Assembly: GCA_021613535.1 (NCBI GenBank)
Contig: CP075494.1
Location: 9,610,001 to 9,674,000 of the forward strand
Reading direction: 5' to 3'
DNA: 64,000 nt
Origin: Adineta vaga
Lineage: Eukaryota > Animalia > Rotifera
Positions 39,867 to 57,857 of this stretch are shown here, piece after piece. The notes below the pieces were generated by a model. The model worked only from the letters and a program-made list of their open reading frames with translations, searched no databases and had not been told where the DNA came from. The position numbers and the translations under genes were made by a program. How positions within the stretch are numbered: the first letter of the stretch is position 1; every line of letters starts with the position of its first letter.

Positions 39867-42314
39867 ATGAGTCGAACAACATTTTTAAATGTTGATGATA
39901 CCAAAGCTGGTATGGAACATTTGGATAAAGAGAAAATTAATAAATTAATTCAAGAAGCATCAAAAAGTAGGTTGAATTATGTTTCTCATTTTACAACGAA
40001 TAGATTTATTAATATAGATTCGAAATTTTTCAAACAACAGCAACGTCGAGAAGAAGTAGGATTTGAATATGAAGTCAGATTGAGAATAAAAAAAATCTTT
40101 TTAGGATAATCGTCGACGAATTGACGTGAAATTATCAAAAATCAAATCATTTACTTCTTTTCAAATTGAACAAGCAGAAAAAGCAGTAAGAATATTATTT
40201 CAATCTGTTTTCATATATAATGAATTGTTTTCTTTTGATTACAAGGCAGATCGTTATTTAAATCAATTGGATAAATCTCGAAATTTATCTCGAACATTTT
40301 GTCATATCGATATGGATGCATTCTATGCCGCAGTCGAAGTAAACAAGTTCAATTATTTAGTTGTATTTCATTCTTGTTATTCTAGATGCGTGATAATCCA
40401 GCACTTCAACATATTCCAATGGCTGTCGGTGGTGAAGGCATGTTGGTAATCCTTAATTATTCAATTTATGTTTTCAAAAAGTTAGAAAATTTTATTTTCA
40501 TAGTCAACATCAAATTATTTAGCTCGTCAATTTGGTGTTCGTGCAGCTATGCCTGGTTTTATTGCTCGACAACTTTGTCCAAATCTTGTTATTGTACCGT
40601 GTGATTTCGAAAAATATCGAATCGATAGTTCAAAAGTCATGTAAGAGATCGATCGAGACTACATCCTTGAATTTTGCTTGTTGATTTACATTTTTGAAGG
40701 AAAATTATCAGCGAATATGATGATAATTATGGTTCGTGTGGTCTTGATGAAGCATTTGCTGATTTGACAAATCATTTACAAATACGAATGATATCATCTG
40801 AACAACAACGAACATTTCCTAAAGATGTAATTCTTATTGATTTGGGTTGAAAGAATGAACTTGTATATTTCCTTATAGGAAAATTCAACAGAGACAATAA
40901 TATTTGGTATCACAGCTGAAGAAACTGTTCAAGAAATGCGACATCGAATTTATCTCGCTACACGATTAACAGCTAGTGCTGGTATTGCATGCAATATACG
41001 TTTAGCAAAATTATGTTCTGGTAAGCTATTACAAATATTCATTTATTTGATTTTTCTAATCTATAAATTTATAGATATCAATAAACCTAATGGACAATAT
41101 CAATTAGAGTCAAATATGAATGTTATCTTAAATTTTATTCGTAATTTACCAATACGAAAAGTATAATACATTCTTTTATCTAGTGATAATAATGATGATG
41201 ATGATAATGATTTAGATCAAAGGTATTGGAAAAGTGACTGCTCTTCATCTAGAATCTCTTCATATTGAAACTGTTAATGATATTTATTTAAAACGTGGTA
41301 TTTTAAAACTAATTGAATATTCTACAACATTTGATTTTCTCATGCGTGTTTGTAATGGTTGTGGTTCGACAGCTATTGAACATGATGATATACAAAAAAG
41401 TGTCGGACATGAAACAACATTCAATAATACAAATGATTCATTAGAATTGATAAGAATTTGTCAAGAATTAGCAAAGAAAACTGTCGATGAATTAATCACC
41501 GATCGAATTCTATGTAAACGTGTAACATTGAAGATTAAAACTGTAAATTTCGAAATTTTAACACGATCAAAAACACTTTCGTCGTATACAGATTCGTTAA
41601 ATATTATTACAGAAAAAGCAGTGGCTTTACTTAAAAATGAACTCGATCAAGATCTTGAATTGCCAGCATTACGATTAATGGGTAAGATATTGAATTTTTT
41701 ATATCTAACATGAGAATCATAGAAATAGATTACTATTCAGATAAACTATTTTCTTCATTTATTAGGAGTTCGTGTTTCCGATTTGAAGATGAAAAGTTCT
41801 GATCTACCAATTCTTCAATTTTTCTCCAAACAAGATACTACAACAAATACGGAAAATGCTCATGATGTGATTGAAGATATTGATGATAATGACGATGAAG
41901 CAGAAGAGTTTCCTTTGGATGAAAATCAACATATGGACAATTGTCATACAAAATTAATTCATAATCAGGAGGATGAAGATTCAAATTCAGGTACAACAAT
42001 GTGTCCTGTATGTCATAAAATGCTTTTAGGTGATAATGATAAGATTAATCAACATATTGATTTATGTTTAAATGGTGAAATGGTTCGAACAACAATCAGA
42101 GAAGAAGATCAACGAACATCACCTCAATTAAATCATAATAAACGGTATTTTATTTCATGTTTCATTTGACTCGAAATGATTGCTTTACTTTTATAGTATT
42201 ATTTCGACTCAATCGAAATCAACACCACCAGCAAAACGACAACGAAAAAAATTGAATTTAACACCACCGCGTTTAAATGGCATTGATAATTATTTTTTCA
42301 AAAAAAATGATTAA
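39867..42314 (+). CDS. POLK: Y-family translesion DNA polymerase kappa with UBZ4 finger and C-terminal PIP-like box
   Basis: The N-clasp reads [27 protein letters not shown]. Catalytic motifs include [65 protein letters not shown] and [10 protein letters not shown] single UBZ4 ([12 protein letters not shown]) and the end [12 protein letters not shown] follow. Confidence 0.95.
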
Positions 42315-42700
42315 TAGTCTTCTTCTATGTCAGATAATTGTATTCTACTTATATTTTTATTTTGGATCTTTTTTTGTTGTTCATTTCGTTTTCTTTTCAT
42401 AACAGATTAAATAAATGTTTGATTATATGATGAAAAATTCAAAATATACAATCAATATGAACAGATTATTAGCGACACCTATGATAAATATATATATACA
42501 TTAATCGAGAACAAAAGACAATTCTCTAAATCTATCCATCTATCTATCGATATGGAACTAATAAAAACGAGATAACCAATACCTGTTATGTATATTCTAT
42601 AGAATTCAAATTTTCGTTTGTTTCAAATACATTCATAAATATCTCATTTTTCATACACTAATATTTTGCAATCATTTCTAGACATCTATTTCGTTTCATC

Positions 42701-45212
<2,512 letters not shown>

Positions 45213-48200
45213 TTTTGTTTTCCGAAACATGATTTCTTCTTGTTTATTAGTATTTTTTTTTTCTTTCTTTCTTTCTTCTTTTTCGTTTATGTAATACCAA
45301 GTGATATACTTCTAGATGTTATTATCAACGAAAGATTTGTCTTTTTTTTTTGTTATTTTATAAACATGAACGTTCTATCTTTAAAAGATTAGGTCGAGTC
45401 AACATGTTCTTATATCTTTCAAATATCATATCATCTGATGACATGTAATCATTTACGAAGATCAGGAAAGAATCCTGATGAGTAACTGTGTGTTATGGTG
45501 AAACTAAATGGTTCATTGTGACCTTTTTCGAAGAATGGTTGCTGTAGTAAATAAAAATAATATTAGAAAATATCTATCTGTATGTTACTGATGAAATCTT
45601 TTTCAACATACCATCTTACATATATATATATATATGTATGTCATGTTCGGAGTTAATACATCAACTAGATTGAACTTTGAAAAACATTAGTAATTTCTCT
45701 TACTATCTTTAGAAGCGTGAATAATGTTCTGGTTTGCATTTAGTTTAATAGTTTTAACAGATGTGAACGTTCATATTAGAGTGTTTATTTTCATAACAGT
45801 AAGTAGAATTTGTTTAGCAAATACTTCATTCTATAGAACATAATACACAATTTCGAAATCATCTGATTTACAAAAACAAAATTCAATATTCTCTGATGTT
45901 CTATACTTGAAATGTCGCTTTCCTTTTCTTCAGGATAAAAATACGATTATTCATGAGTACATTTTTTTTTATTTCCCTTGATATATTTACAAATTATCGT
46001 TTTCGATGATAGGTTTTTTTACTATGAATAGGAAACAGATAGGATATTACTTGAAGACTTCAGATTATTCTCGTAATCATCTTTTTTACTTCGAGTCTCG
46101 CGAGGTATAATCATCTTTTTCTACCAAATGTTCTCTATAAACGACACATATGGTCTCGTTTTTTTTTCCCAATATTCACATCTGTATTTGTAGATAAGGT
46201 TAAAGTTTCCTTTTTCTTTCTTCATTCAATTAAACATGACGTTAAATTTCTTCAGTGGAAATATTTTTACCATTGTCATTCTTATGAAAAGTACATGTAA
46301 TTAGTGTAAAAAATAATGAGAATTTCTTAGTTTTTAATCAACAGGTATCCAAATGGTTTTGTCATGCTTAAGAATATATCCAAGAATTCATTTAATTTCA
46401 TCATATAGAGATAACGCATGTCTAAAGTTCCTTCATTCGCATTTGACTTCTAAAAGAACAACTTTATTTCCAACGTTTCTTTCCTCCCAAAAACATCTTC
46501 TGCTGTATTTCGTAATTAGTTTATCGACGGAAATGTTCTTTCTTTTTTTCTACTTAAGAACAATTTACTTTCGAACGCATATTATCATAGTATCAACTTG
46601 ACACTACTTCACTACTAGAAAAGTATGATATTGAAAGTACAATCATTGTTAAAATAGACATAGATTCTGCTAATTTACCTTTTCAAATTCCGTCTAAGTA
46701 AAAGAATAATTGAAATCTTTTAGAAATAGATCTACATTTTGTTGAATTACCTATAGGTCATCTAATAAGTGTATTTTCTGATGGAGTAAGATTGATTATT
46801 TTGTTTTACGTCATTGACATGATTGAGTTTAATGAGTTGATCTTCATTTTTTGATTTCGATGGCATACAATTAGAAGACACTCATTACGTGTGTAACATA
46901 TATAAAGGAAAAGATCTTTCCGTCTGATGCAAAAAAGAAAATGATAAATATCATGATATATTATTAGATTATGTAGGTGCAAATTTTGTCCGATATTTTT
47001 CATATAAAAGTCATAATTTACTTGAAAATATTCTGCTTTTATTAGACATTTCTACTTTGAGCTGTTTAATGAAGTATATGTATCATTATTACAGAGACAA
47101 AAGACGGATTTTATTTTTAGGCAATAAAACATCTTTATGAGAAAAGACCAGTATATCATGAACAAATTAAATAGATCTTCGATGTAAATGAATATTTTCC
47201 CTTCTATAGTTTTATATTCTTTTAATCTCTAGGTATTCGATGACAACGAAGTTGGTAGATGAATAAAATTTGCTTTTTTGATAATTTATTAAACAAATGA
47301 CAAAACGGATAGGGGTATGTATATATATATATATGTTTCGTTTCAATCTTGTATAGAATTCTTGTGATAGATTTATAAAAAGTTAATATGAAGTTAAAGA
47401 TTTCTTCAAAGAAAAAGCACCTTATGATCGACATAGGATATGTTATCAAACAAATAAGAACCAAGATTTTCATTTAATTAAGAAGTAATTCTTCATTTTC
47501 CGTCTGCACGTTTTCTTTTTAATTACATTTGATATATTTATGAGAAAAGAACTCTTCTTTCACTCTTAAGTACAGATATCATCTTAGATAGTATAGATTA
47601 CATCTGGTCTTTTCTAGATATTGTTGTTTTTTTCATTGACTATTTGCGCATTTTTTTTCTCCATAGTTGCATGCAGATTAATCGATGAAAAATCTACAAA
47701 ACGTTTTTCTCTCTGATCTTTTTGTGATTAACTGACATATTGCTACAATTGCTTTCTTCTTTTTTAAATTTTTATTTCTTTGATTCCGAATGAAAACATA
47801 TTTGTGGAACAATAAATGATTAAGATATTGATTTTAAAGAGAACATTTAGTAGTAAAACTTGAAATCGTTTACAAATAAAAGAAAGATTGGTTTCCTTTT
47901 CCTCTATTTCCATTAGTATTTTATTGTCAGGTATGTAGCAAAAAGAAAGCACTATTATAACTAGTTAAAATAAATGGGAAAACGAGAAAAAAAGAAAGTC
48001 GTATTTTTGTTTTATTTTTAGTAACATCGATTTCTCTAACCTTGTCAATCTTTGTATGTACTTGAAGGCATGTTTTTTTCTTTAATTCGAATAATGAACA
48101 TCAATATGCGTTGTTCCAGGTTAGTTAGTCAATTTTGCGTAGGCATACTAGTCAGTCATTAATAGCAGAGAGATTCGCACACGCACAAACGTGCTTCTAT

Positions 48201-49907
48201 TGAGTTGTTTTTCTTACAGATATCAGCATGATGTTGCGTTCTTTTTTTCTTATGTGGTGAATTAAATCAGGAATTATTTCTCATAGACTGACTACTTCTT
48301 TTGTAATCGAATAAATCCGACTTTCGTGAGAAGATATCGTCTGCTCTTTTCTTTTAACTGTCACGTTAATAAAGCGAGGTCGAAAATGACATTCATTACA
48401 ATCATTTATAATAGGAGTCAATAAGATAATCCTAGTCGATGAAATCATTTTGTTTTCTATTCGTCATTAAAATGAATAGGATTTTCATGAGTTAATTAAT
48501 TCGATGTTAGCTATTAGGAAAATGAAGAAAAAAAAAGATCATTTCATGATTACTGCGAGTTAGATGTAAAAATAGAAGGTTAACATATAGGCATTTTATT
48601 ATTTGTTATAGATGAATTAGTTTATATAAAACGATTGATATAACAATAGATTGGTTCGAATAAAAATGTTATAAATATCAATTTCAAATAGAATCAGTGA
48701 AGTTGAAATAATTAAATCAGATATAGATTAAACCTATTCCAGAAGAATGAATAACATGAATGTAAGTAGTATATTATCGAGCTGTTAATATTTCTGTAAA
48801 AGTCTAGATTATTTTTATATATTGCCAGATACAAAAGACGATACGAACATTTTATAGGCAGTACATTCTCTTTTTTTTTTAATAAAACAGTAAGTTGTAT
48901 TTTTATATTGTATATAAAATATGATATATCAGAGCTATTACACATCATAGAATTGAAATAGTGTAGGTGAAAGAAATGCATTATGTCGAACTCATTTAAT
49001 CTTGAAACTCTATAATTTACGTTTTAAAATTGAAAGATAAAAAAGAAAATGATCGCAATTTTCTTATGTTTATAATGAACGAACTCGTTCACTCACAAAA
49101 CATCACGTTGAGACAATATGCACTTGAGGAAAATGCGTTTTGTTGATCTTAATTATGAGAAAAAATGTTGAAACTGACTTTCTTCAACTTACTTCACGTT
49201 TTGTTATAATTGAAAACATGAATAATAGATATAAGAAAGAAAAGATCTTGAATATCATAGAAAACAAATAAGTATATACCTTATGAAATATATATTTAAT
49301 TGTTCGGAGAAGTTTTTTTTTTCATCGTAAATAACTAAGAGATTAAAAGTCAAGTTTGCTATTCATTGAGTTGACTATTGAATTATTAAAGAATATGTTC
49401 CATTGTAATAGAAGTTCTCTCATGCAATGATCGCTAGTTAAGTTTCTTTCGATGATGATGAAGCACTAAACGATTTTCTATTGAGAAGAAAAAGAATTAA
49501 TAAATAAAATAACAACAGAAAGGGAAAAAGAACATTTTTTGACTTGTCTCCTCCTTCTTCTATTTCGAACAGTAGCGTTCATCATTGATTAGCAGATATG
49601 ATTAGATTTCTTTTCAATCGTGATCTTTTCCATTGTAAGAATAACAAAGCTTGAACTGATTCATATTCACATTGTTCTCAATATTCAAATGAGAAATGTC
49701 ATTTCATCCTAAAAATAACTTGCACTTAGTTCTCTCCTTCTATCTTCAATACTGATCTATAGGAGATAAATTGAACTCTTTATGTGTTTTCCTGTCTTTC
49801 TAGATATAAATTATTGTATTAATTTGACATCTTTGTCTCTTTCTCTCAATCGTTTTCTAATCACTTAATGTTAATTATTATCTAACATATTTATTCACTC
49901 GAAGACA

Positions 49908-51206
49908 ATGAATGAGTATGTATTCATTTCACAAGTATTTTGTTTTTCTAATGAAATTTTTTTCAAGCTTTAGTTCACTAGCGAATGATTCTTCAACTCA
50001 AGAATGGGAACCATTACTTTTAATCAATCGAATTATTTATCGTGGTTATTTCTTATTTCTTATCATTGCTGGTACATGCGGAAATCTTCTGACTGCTGTT
50101 ACACTCCTTCGAGCTCGTTTACGTAAATATACAGCATGTCAATATATGGCAGTTTGTGCATTATTGAATATTGGTGTTTTATTAACCAATACTTTAAATA
50201 TGATGTTAACAAATGGTTTTGATATTCATTTACGTAGTCAACTTGATTTCACTTGGTGCCGAGCGAATACATTTGTTGCTCAATGGATTCGTGGTATGGC
50301 ATCCTGGATTCTTGTTCTAGTTGCATTTGATCGTTTTCGACAATCTAAAACTATTCAACGTACACAGAAAAAGAATGATTATACAGTTCTTATATCCATA
50401 TGTATAACTGGTTTTATTCTTTTGATATTAAATTTACATTATCTTCTCTTTACTGGTTACAAAGTTGATTTATTAGAACCTACGGAATTTTTAGCATGTG
50501 TTTTCAATAAACATAGTAATGATACCATTCAAAAATTTTTTGCGTCAACCAGTACATGGCAAGAACTTGTCACATATATTATTCTTGTAAGTAGATTGTA
50601 GAAAAGCTTCTGATTATGTTCATAATTTTGAATGTTCTTTTTTTCTCTTTCTAGCCATGTATTTTAACATTGATCTTTAATATATTTATCATAAAGAATT
50701 CCTTTTTATCTCCGATAAACAATGAACATCTGAAATCTCGTTCAAAAAGTCGAACACGACGTGTAACAACCATGTTACTTGCATCTCATATTGGTTTCTT
50801 AGCTCTTGTTGCTCCTGCACAAACATTTATTGCTCTTTCATTCGATCCATTACTTAATATGCAATCGAATGAAGGTACAAAATCATTTATGATTAAAGGA
50901 AATATCTATCAATGTTTAATTAATACATATTATGCAGCATCGTTTGTATTCTGTTTTGCTTCATCATCCATATTTCGTCGAGAAATTGATAAATTATTAA
51001 ATAGACATTATAGACCAAAACATTCATTAATCAGTGGTGTAAGCGAAGCATATTCACCGCATGAAAATCGACCATTCTTACAGAAAAAACGAATTAGTGG
51101 CGTGAATTATTCGAGTAGTAGTCCACAAGATGAACATAAACCTCAAAGAAGAACGCACAAAAGATCAACTGAGTCAACGATTGACACAGATGCATTTATA
51201 CAATAG
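49908..51206 (+). CDS. Class A peptide-receptor-like orphan GPCR, 3 exons
   Basis: Exon 1 is ATG AAT GA|gtatgt (49908-49915), followed by a 52-nt intron. The next exon gives GTCGNLLT, WCRAN, SWILVLVAFDRF and NLHY. After intron 50587-50654 come LPC..LIFN, RRVTTMLL and SSSIFRRE. Confidence 0.88.
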
Positions 51207-52071
51207 AAAATTCTCTCTTTTTTTCTTCTCACGTCTGATGTAGTGTACAATAATGATGTTGTTGTTTTCTTTTTCTTCTTCTCTTTCATTTTGTTATTTG
51301 TTGTTAATCGTCTAAATATTTTATAGAGTTCTAGTTGCCATCGTAATATCTGTCTAATGAAAAATGATTTTTTTATTTCTTTGAAATTCGAAATCATCTT
51401 CTAGGACCTGTTTGTATATTTATATATAAATATTTGCTAAGATGATTGACAAATAAAACTTCAACTTAAACAAATTAATCTTACGAAAATTATAATCATC
51501 ACACTTGAATATTAAATAAAGTATGTTTCATCAACATAAGAAAAATACTGTTAACATCTATATGATATTTACTAGACGAACTTGTTTTGCTGCTTCAATT
51601 AAGAAATGAGAGTACTCAATTATCCTTTAAAATATGCGGACAAAATCACAACAATGTATTACGAACTTTTAGATGAAAGCTAACAAGTGAACACGTAGGC
51701 ATGTGTCATACAGTACTGAAACAAGAGGAAAAAACATACAACGATGCAAGTTTTGTTTAATTGGAAAAGAACTCAAATATCCTTATTTGGATAACAGTGT
51801 AATTAGAAAGGAAAAGGTTGTTGCGCTGGTACGGATGTCTCTTGAATGCATGATTTTGAAAGAGGAAATGACATGTTTATATCCTTCTGAAAGTAAAAAT
51901 TAATGTGAAATTTATAGATTTAATAAGAAACCTATCTGTCGAAACCGAAGTGTATTATAGAAAATATACAAAGATATCGTATCTGAAATCTCCATTGAGA
52001 ATTTTGATTAATATTTTCTACAGTTTAAATGACATATGAATAATGTATATGAGAAAAAAGATGTAAGTCTA

Positions 52072-54245
52072 TTATTTCAATCGTAAATCTGGTGCTTGTT
52101 GAAAAATAATTCCAAAAACAAGCATTGTTCCTATTAGAAATAGAAAAACAAACAATCGATCAACAACACGTCCTAAGATTTGCCATTCTTGTCCAATAGT
52201 TGTATTATGTTCTTGTTGTTCATATCGACGTTCGTTTTGTTCGATAAGTTGATAAATATAATGAACCGATGCTTTGAAATTATTGTTTTCATTTGATTTT
52301 TGTTTTGCAGTATATGAACGAAGTACAAGTGGAATTGATGGTTCATGCTTATGATCCGATGAGATGATGGTAATCTTTTCATGGTCACTAGAATCTTCAT
52401 TGAATGTTAATAGGCCATTTTCAGATGATTTTGACTCATTTTTATGATTGATTTTCGTTCGTTTGTTGGCGGGTGATGTTGGTTTTGACTAATAAAAAGA
52501 AAGGATTGAAAATGAAAAGTTTCGTTTTGCTTTTACCGTAGGTTTTTGTTGTTTCTGATACCGAACGGGAAGATCAATATTCATAAAAAGAAGTTTAGGT
52601 ATAATGAAGAAAAATAGACGAGAAATCCAATTGGGTACAGGTTGTAAATAATGTTTACCATGATGATAGAGATTGAGTGATGCAACTGACATTGCTGTAG
52701 CAATACTGACAATGATAATGGCAGAGAAATAGTATATACCTAAACGAAATAAAAAAAAGAAAATATTCAATTTTCATATGTTTAGTAAGATATCGGTTTA
52801 AAAAGATAATGATTATAAATATAAGTAATAGAGAGTAGTAGGATTTAATCTTGAATAAGAATCAAATTAAAATAGAACTCGTTAGTTAGATTTGAGATTC
52901 CTGTCACGTTTCTTATTTCTCGACTAAAATTACAATGATATCATCACGTTTGATTAGAACGTCTTATTTACTTACCAATTAATGGCAATGAATCCGAATT
53001 GGGTGGCATACTATCTGCAACTAACATAAGAAAAACTGTCATCGAAAGAAGTGTTGTAACACCAATTGAAACTTTTTCACCTAGATAAAATGAAAAATAA
53101 AAGTATATCATAAATAATTCAAAACTAGTGATCATCAAACGAACCACTATCAGAAGGAACGCAAAACCCAAGAAAAGCAACAATAGTAATAAGAAAACAT
53201 GGAAGAATCATGTTGAATACATAAAATAATGGACGACGACGCATTTGTATCGTATAAGTTAAATCAGGAAAAGTTTCTGGACCTAAAATATTTCATAGAG
53301 AAATGATTCAATGTAATCTTTCTAACTTACAGCATGAATATTTAACAACATTTTTCTTCACGTGTAATCGAACGATTTCCCATTCTTAAAATCTAAATTT
53401 TGAAAATAACATGAAGAAATAAACTATTTATTTACCTGAATTAGCCATGAAATTGGTCAAATCACCCGATGGTGATTTTGCTGACAGATCAATTCGAGCA
53501 CTATCGTACGTCCATGATGCAAATTTCAATGTACAATTTTGTTCATCTATTTAAAAAATCACAACTATATTCAAATATAAATAAACATTATTATTCTCAC
53601 CAAATGGAAAATATCGAACATCAATTGAACATGAACTACGAAATATACCTGTAGATAACCATGTTACTATACCTTCAAATGAAACCATAACATTAGTAGA
53701 TATTTGACTCAATGATGCAAGATTATCCGCATTCTAATGAATACATAATTATTTCTAAGATAATTATCCTATGTTTAACACTTACATTATAGAGAACAAT
53801 ATCAGGCAACCAAACTTTATCATATTTAATATGTAATAAACTAACATTATCCCAATTTGATGGATTCCATCTTAATTTTGGATCAGGCCAGATCTGTTCA
53901 AAAGAATAATAGTAATTAAAAGAAAACCTAGAAAACATTCTTACCATAGTTAACCATTGATTAGTTGTGATAATTTGATTTTTTTCATCGACATCAATTA
54001 ATTGAGCAAGAGATAAATCAAATGAAACATTGGTGACATCAAGATGATGTAAAGCAGGTCGAACTGATTTATCATACACAATTGAATTTAATAAAGTTCG
54101 TATTAGATTCATTTCAACATCATTCTTTATTCCTACACTTCATTATAATTGATCGTGAACTAATAGATATCTTATCAAAAACTCTACCTGTAACTAATGA
54201 ATAGATTAAGAGAATCTTAAAAGTTGTATCAAACCGAATCAACAT
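52072..54245 (-). CDS. Nicotinic acetylcholine receptor alpha subunit (alpha9/alpha10-like), cation-selective signature
   Basis: It has a signal peptide, [31 protein letters not shown], the Cys-loop [15 protein letters not shown] and SWTY. Loop C reads YSCCPETFPD (vicinal Cys). Further motifs are [15 protein letters not shown], the M2 segment [18 protein letters not shown] and the M4 segment [13 protein letters not shown]. Confidence 0.93.
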
Positions 54246-54548
54246 TGTCGACAACAAATCTATGATAGAAGAAATGATTAATGAAAGAATTTGAGATGCA
54301 TATAAAATTAACATTCTGATTTCGATTATTTGCAAATATTCTTGGAATGCTAACGTTTATTATCGCAGAATGATACAAAGCGATTTAATTATCATCACAA
54401 ATTAGATTCCTTTAACAAGAATAAATGAATCTAATCGTATACACATGATTTCCCTTAAATAGAAGTAATGAATTATTAGAAATGCGAAATAGAACTTGAT
54501 AAGCAGAGGTCGCTCTTCAGCAGAATGTTGTTCGATTATTCTATTCCG

Positions 54549-54562
54549 ATTGTCATGACAAT
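54549..54562. promoter_or_regulatory. Candidate RFX X-box upstream of RIB43A
   Basis: The perfect 14-bp palindrome ATTGTCATGACAAT lies 85 nt upstream of the RIB43A ATG and is close to the X-box form GTTGTCATGACAAC. Confidence 0.55.
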
Positions 54563-54646
54563 ATGTAGTTTCAATGGTAGAATTTTATTTCTATTTCTTT
54601 TTAATTTCCATAGAATAGAAGTCAATAAGACTAACGATTCTTCGAT

Positions 54647-56290
54647 ATGTATAAACTCGATATTCCATTGAACTTACAAGATAAAGCTGCTATCGAACGT
54701 CGTCGACGAGCGGAAGAAGAACGACAAGGACGTGTATTCAATTCGAAATATCGACAGATCGGAGTTCGTTGCTATAGATTCAAAATCTTATTTATAATCT
54801 GTTTTATTTTCTCCTCTCGTCTTGATATAGATCGATAAAGAAGCACTCGATGAACAAGTTCAAGATCGAAACTGGTTAGAAGAACTCGAACAAAAACGAG
54901 CCAATGCATTCGGTAAAAATCAAAACTCATTGAAAACTATACGATATTTGTCGTTGATTCTTTAGCTCAAGATGCTATTCGAAATGATAGGATTGCTCAA
55001 TTACTTGAACAACGACAAGAAAATGATGAAAGAGAATATAAACAATCTCTAAATGAATATCGTGCTATACATCAACAACCATCTGCACAAAGTATTTATT
55101 TATCGAAACTTTTCCTAAGAAATTTTATGAAGAAAAATATTTTTTCAATAGGAGAATGGGATTTAAATGATCCTGATTATTTAAAAAAAGATATGCCAGC
55201 ACGTGTATCTGATGATGATCCACGTTGTGGTCCAGCAAGTTTACAGAAATTTCAAGGTGAAGATCTTAATTCACGTGCGCGAGCAAAATATCAAAAAGGA
55301 CAATTACGTGAATGGTCACGAATGCAACAAGAAGCTCAACAACGTGCACAACAACAAGAACAAGCAGCTGATCGATTATTTAATGCTAAACAAAATGATT
55401 TAGATCAACGTGCTTTAGAACTTCAACGAGCAGAAGATGAATGTCAAAGAGCTATTAATCAATCGATTAGAAATTATAATGATGCTTTAGTAAGTCTAGA
55501 AAAATATATCCTAAATAACGATCGACAGTGAAAATTTTACGTTTACTATTTTTTCATGTGCCTACCAGTCTTCTCATGTGAATCTACTAATCAAAATATG
55601 ATTACTAAAAAGAGAAAAAAAGAACATTCCAATGAATTCCTGTTCATTGTCCCATATAATTATAACTGTTAGTTATTGTTGTTTTCTTTACAACTATTTT
55701 TGACACATGACTAGAACTTCCTTGTACGAAATAAAATATTTATCTTATTTATTTTAGTTGCGAGAAACACAAGAACGTCGTGCATGGAAAAAACGACAAG
55801 AAGATTATGATAATTATGCAGAAATGGCAAATATGATATCTTGTGATTTACTAACAGAAAATCCTGATCAAGCAATCAGTCAATTCGGTCCACATCGTGT
55901 TGTACCAGATCGATGGAAAGGTATGAGTGAAGATCAATTACGTCAAATTCGTGAAGAACAACAACAACAAATCGAAGAGAAAAAAGTAATTTTTCAAGTT
56001 GCTTCAATTGTCCATAAGATCTTTCTTTTTCTTTATTTTAGCGTCGTGATGAAGAAGAACAACAACGAAATAATGAATGGGATCGACGACGTCATGCTGA
56101 AGCTAAAGCTGGCATGATTGTGGAAAAACAATTGGAATATGAACAACATATATATGATCGAGATGTTTACAATGACAATCAACGTTTAGCAAAAGAACAA
56201 CGTAATCTCAAAGAATATCTTGATCGTGTTGTTTATACAAATCAACCGACAGCAGCATATCATTTGCAGTTTAATACAACATCAAGATGA
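54647..56290 (+). CDS. RIBC2: RIB43A-like coiled-coil axonemal ribbon protein (RIBC1/2), 6 exons
   Basis: It contains MYKLD....AAIERRR..EEERQGRVFN.K.R.IGID, REWDLNDPDYLKKDMPARVSDDDPRCGPASLQKFQGEDL, DLLTENP and PDRWKGMS. It ends YTNQPTAAYHLQFNTTSR*. Confidence 0.93.
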
Positions 56291-56828
56291 AGTCATGAAT
56301 GTAAAGCGAACATTTACATTGAATTATATTTTGAAAATATTCATTCGATTTTCTATTTCACAGAAATAAATTAATTTCATTACATATTAGATTGATAATC
56401 TTCTTAATATAGATTTTCAATGATACCGTCAATGTTTATATATAAGAGTTATAGAAGATTAACCAGAGTGAGATGTACTCGTATCAAATAAGAAGTTTAT
56501 TCCTTTATCTGAGCCTATAAATTAAACCAATATATTCAGTTAATTTTTTTTCATGATGCTTCGTTGAAATAGTTATCATCATTGCACACGAAACTCATAT
56601 GAGAATATTATCAGATGTGATTTATAATAATATAAATTTCTTTCGTTGCTCTATCTTATCCCAAGAGGCATTCTTATATTTAAAAATAAACCACACAATG
56701 ACGACAAAGAGATGTTCAAAAAAGAAACAACTAAATAGATGCGGTAACAACACGGTCACACAAACACGTAACAAATATAAAACTGGTTGTTTCTCATCAT
56801 GGCTTGACTAAAAACATAAAACTGTTCT

Positions 56829-57857
<1,029 letters not shown>

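Noticed and set aside
46353-48981. Several 62-89 aa ORFs in the long intergenic region
   Set aside because: Their F/I/L/K/Y-rich composition is typical of random AT-rich frames.
55568-55640. Possible cassette exon in the 268-nt RIB43A intron
   Set aside because: It has an in-frame stop after 10 codons and no convincing donor.
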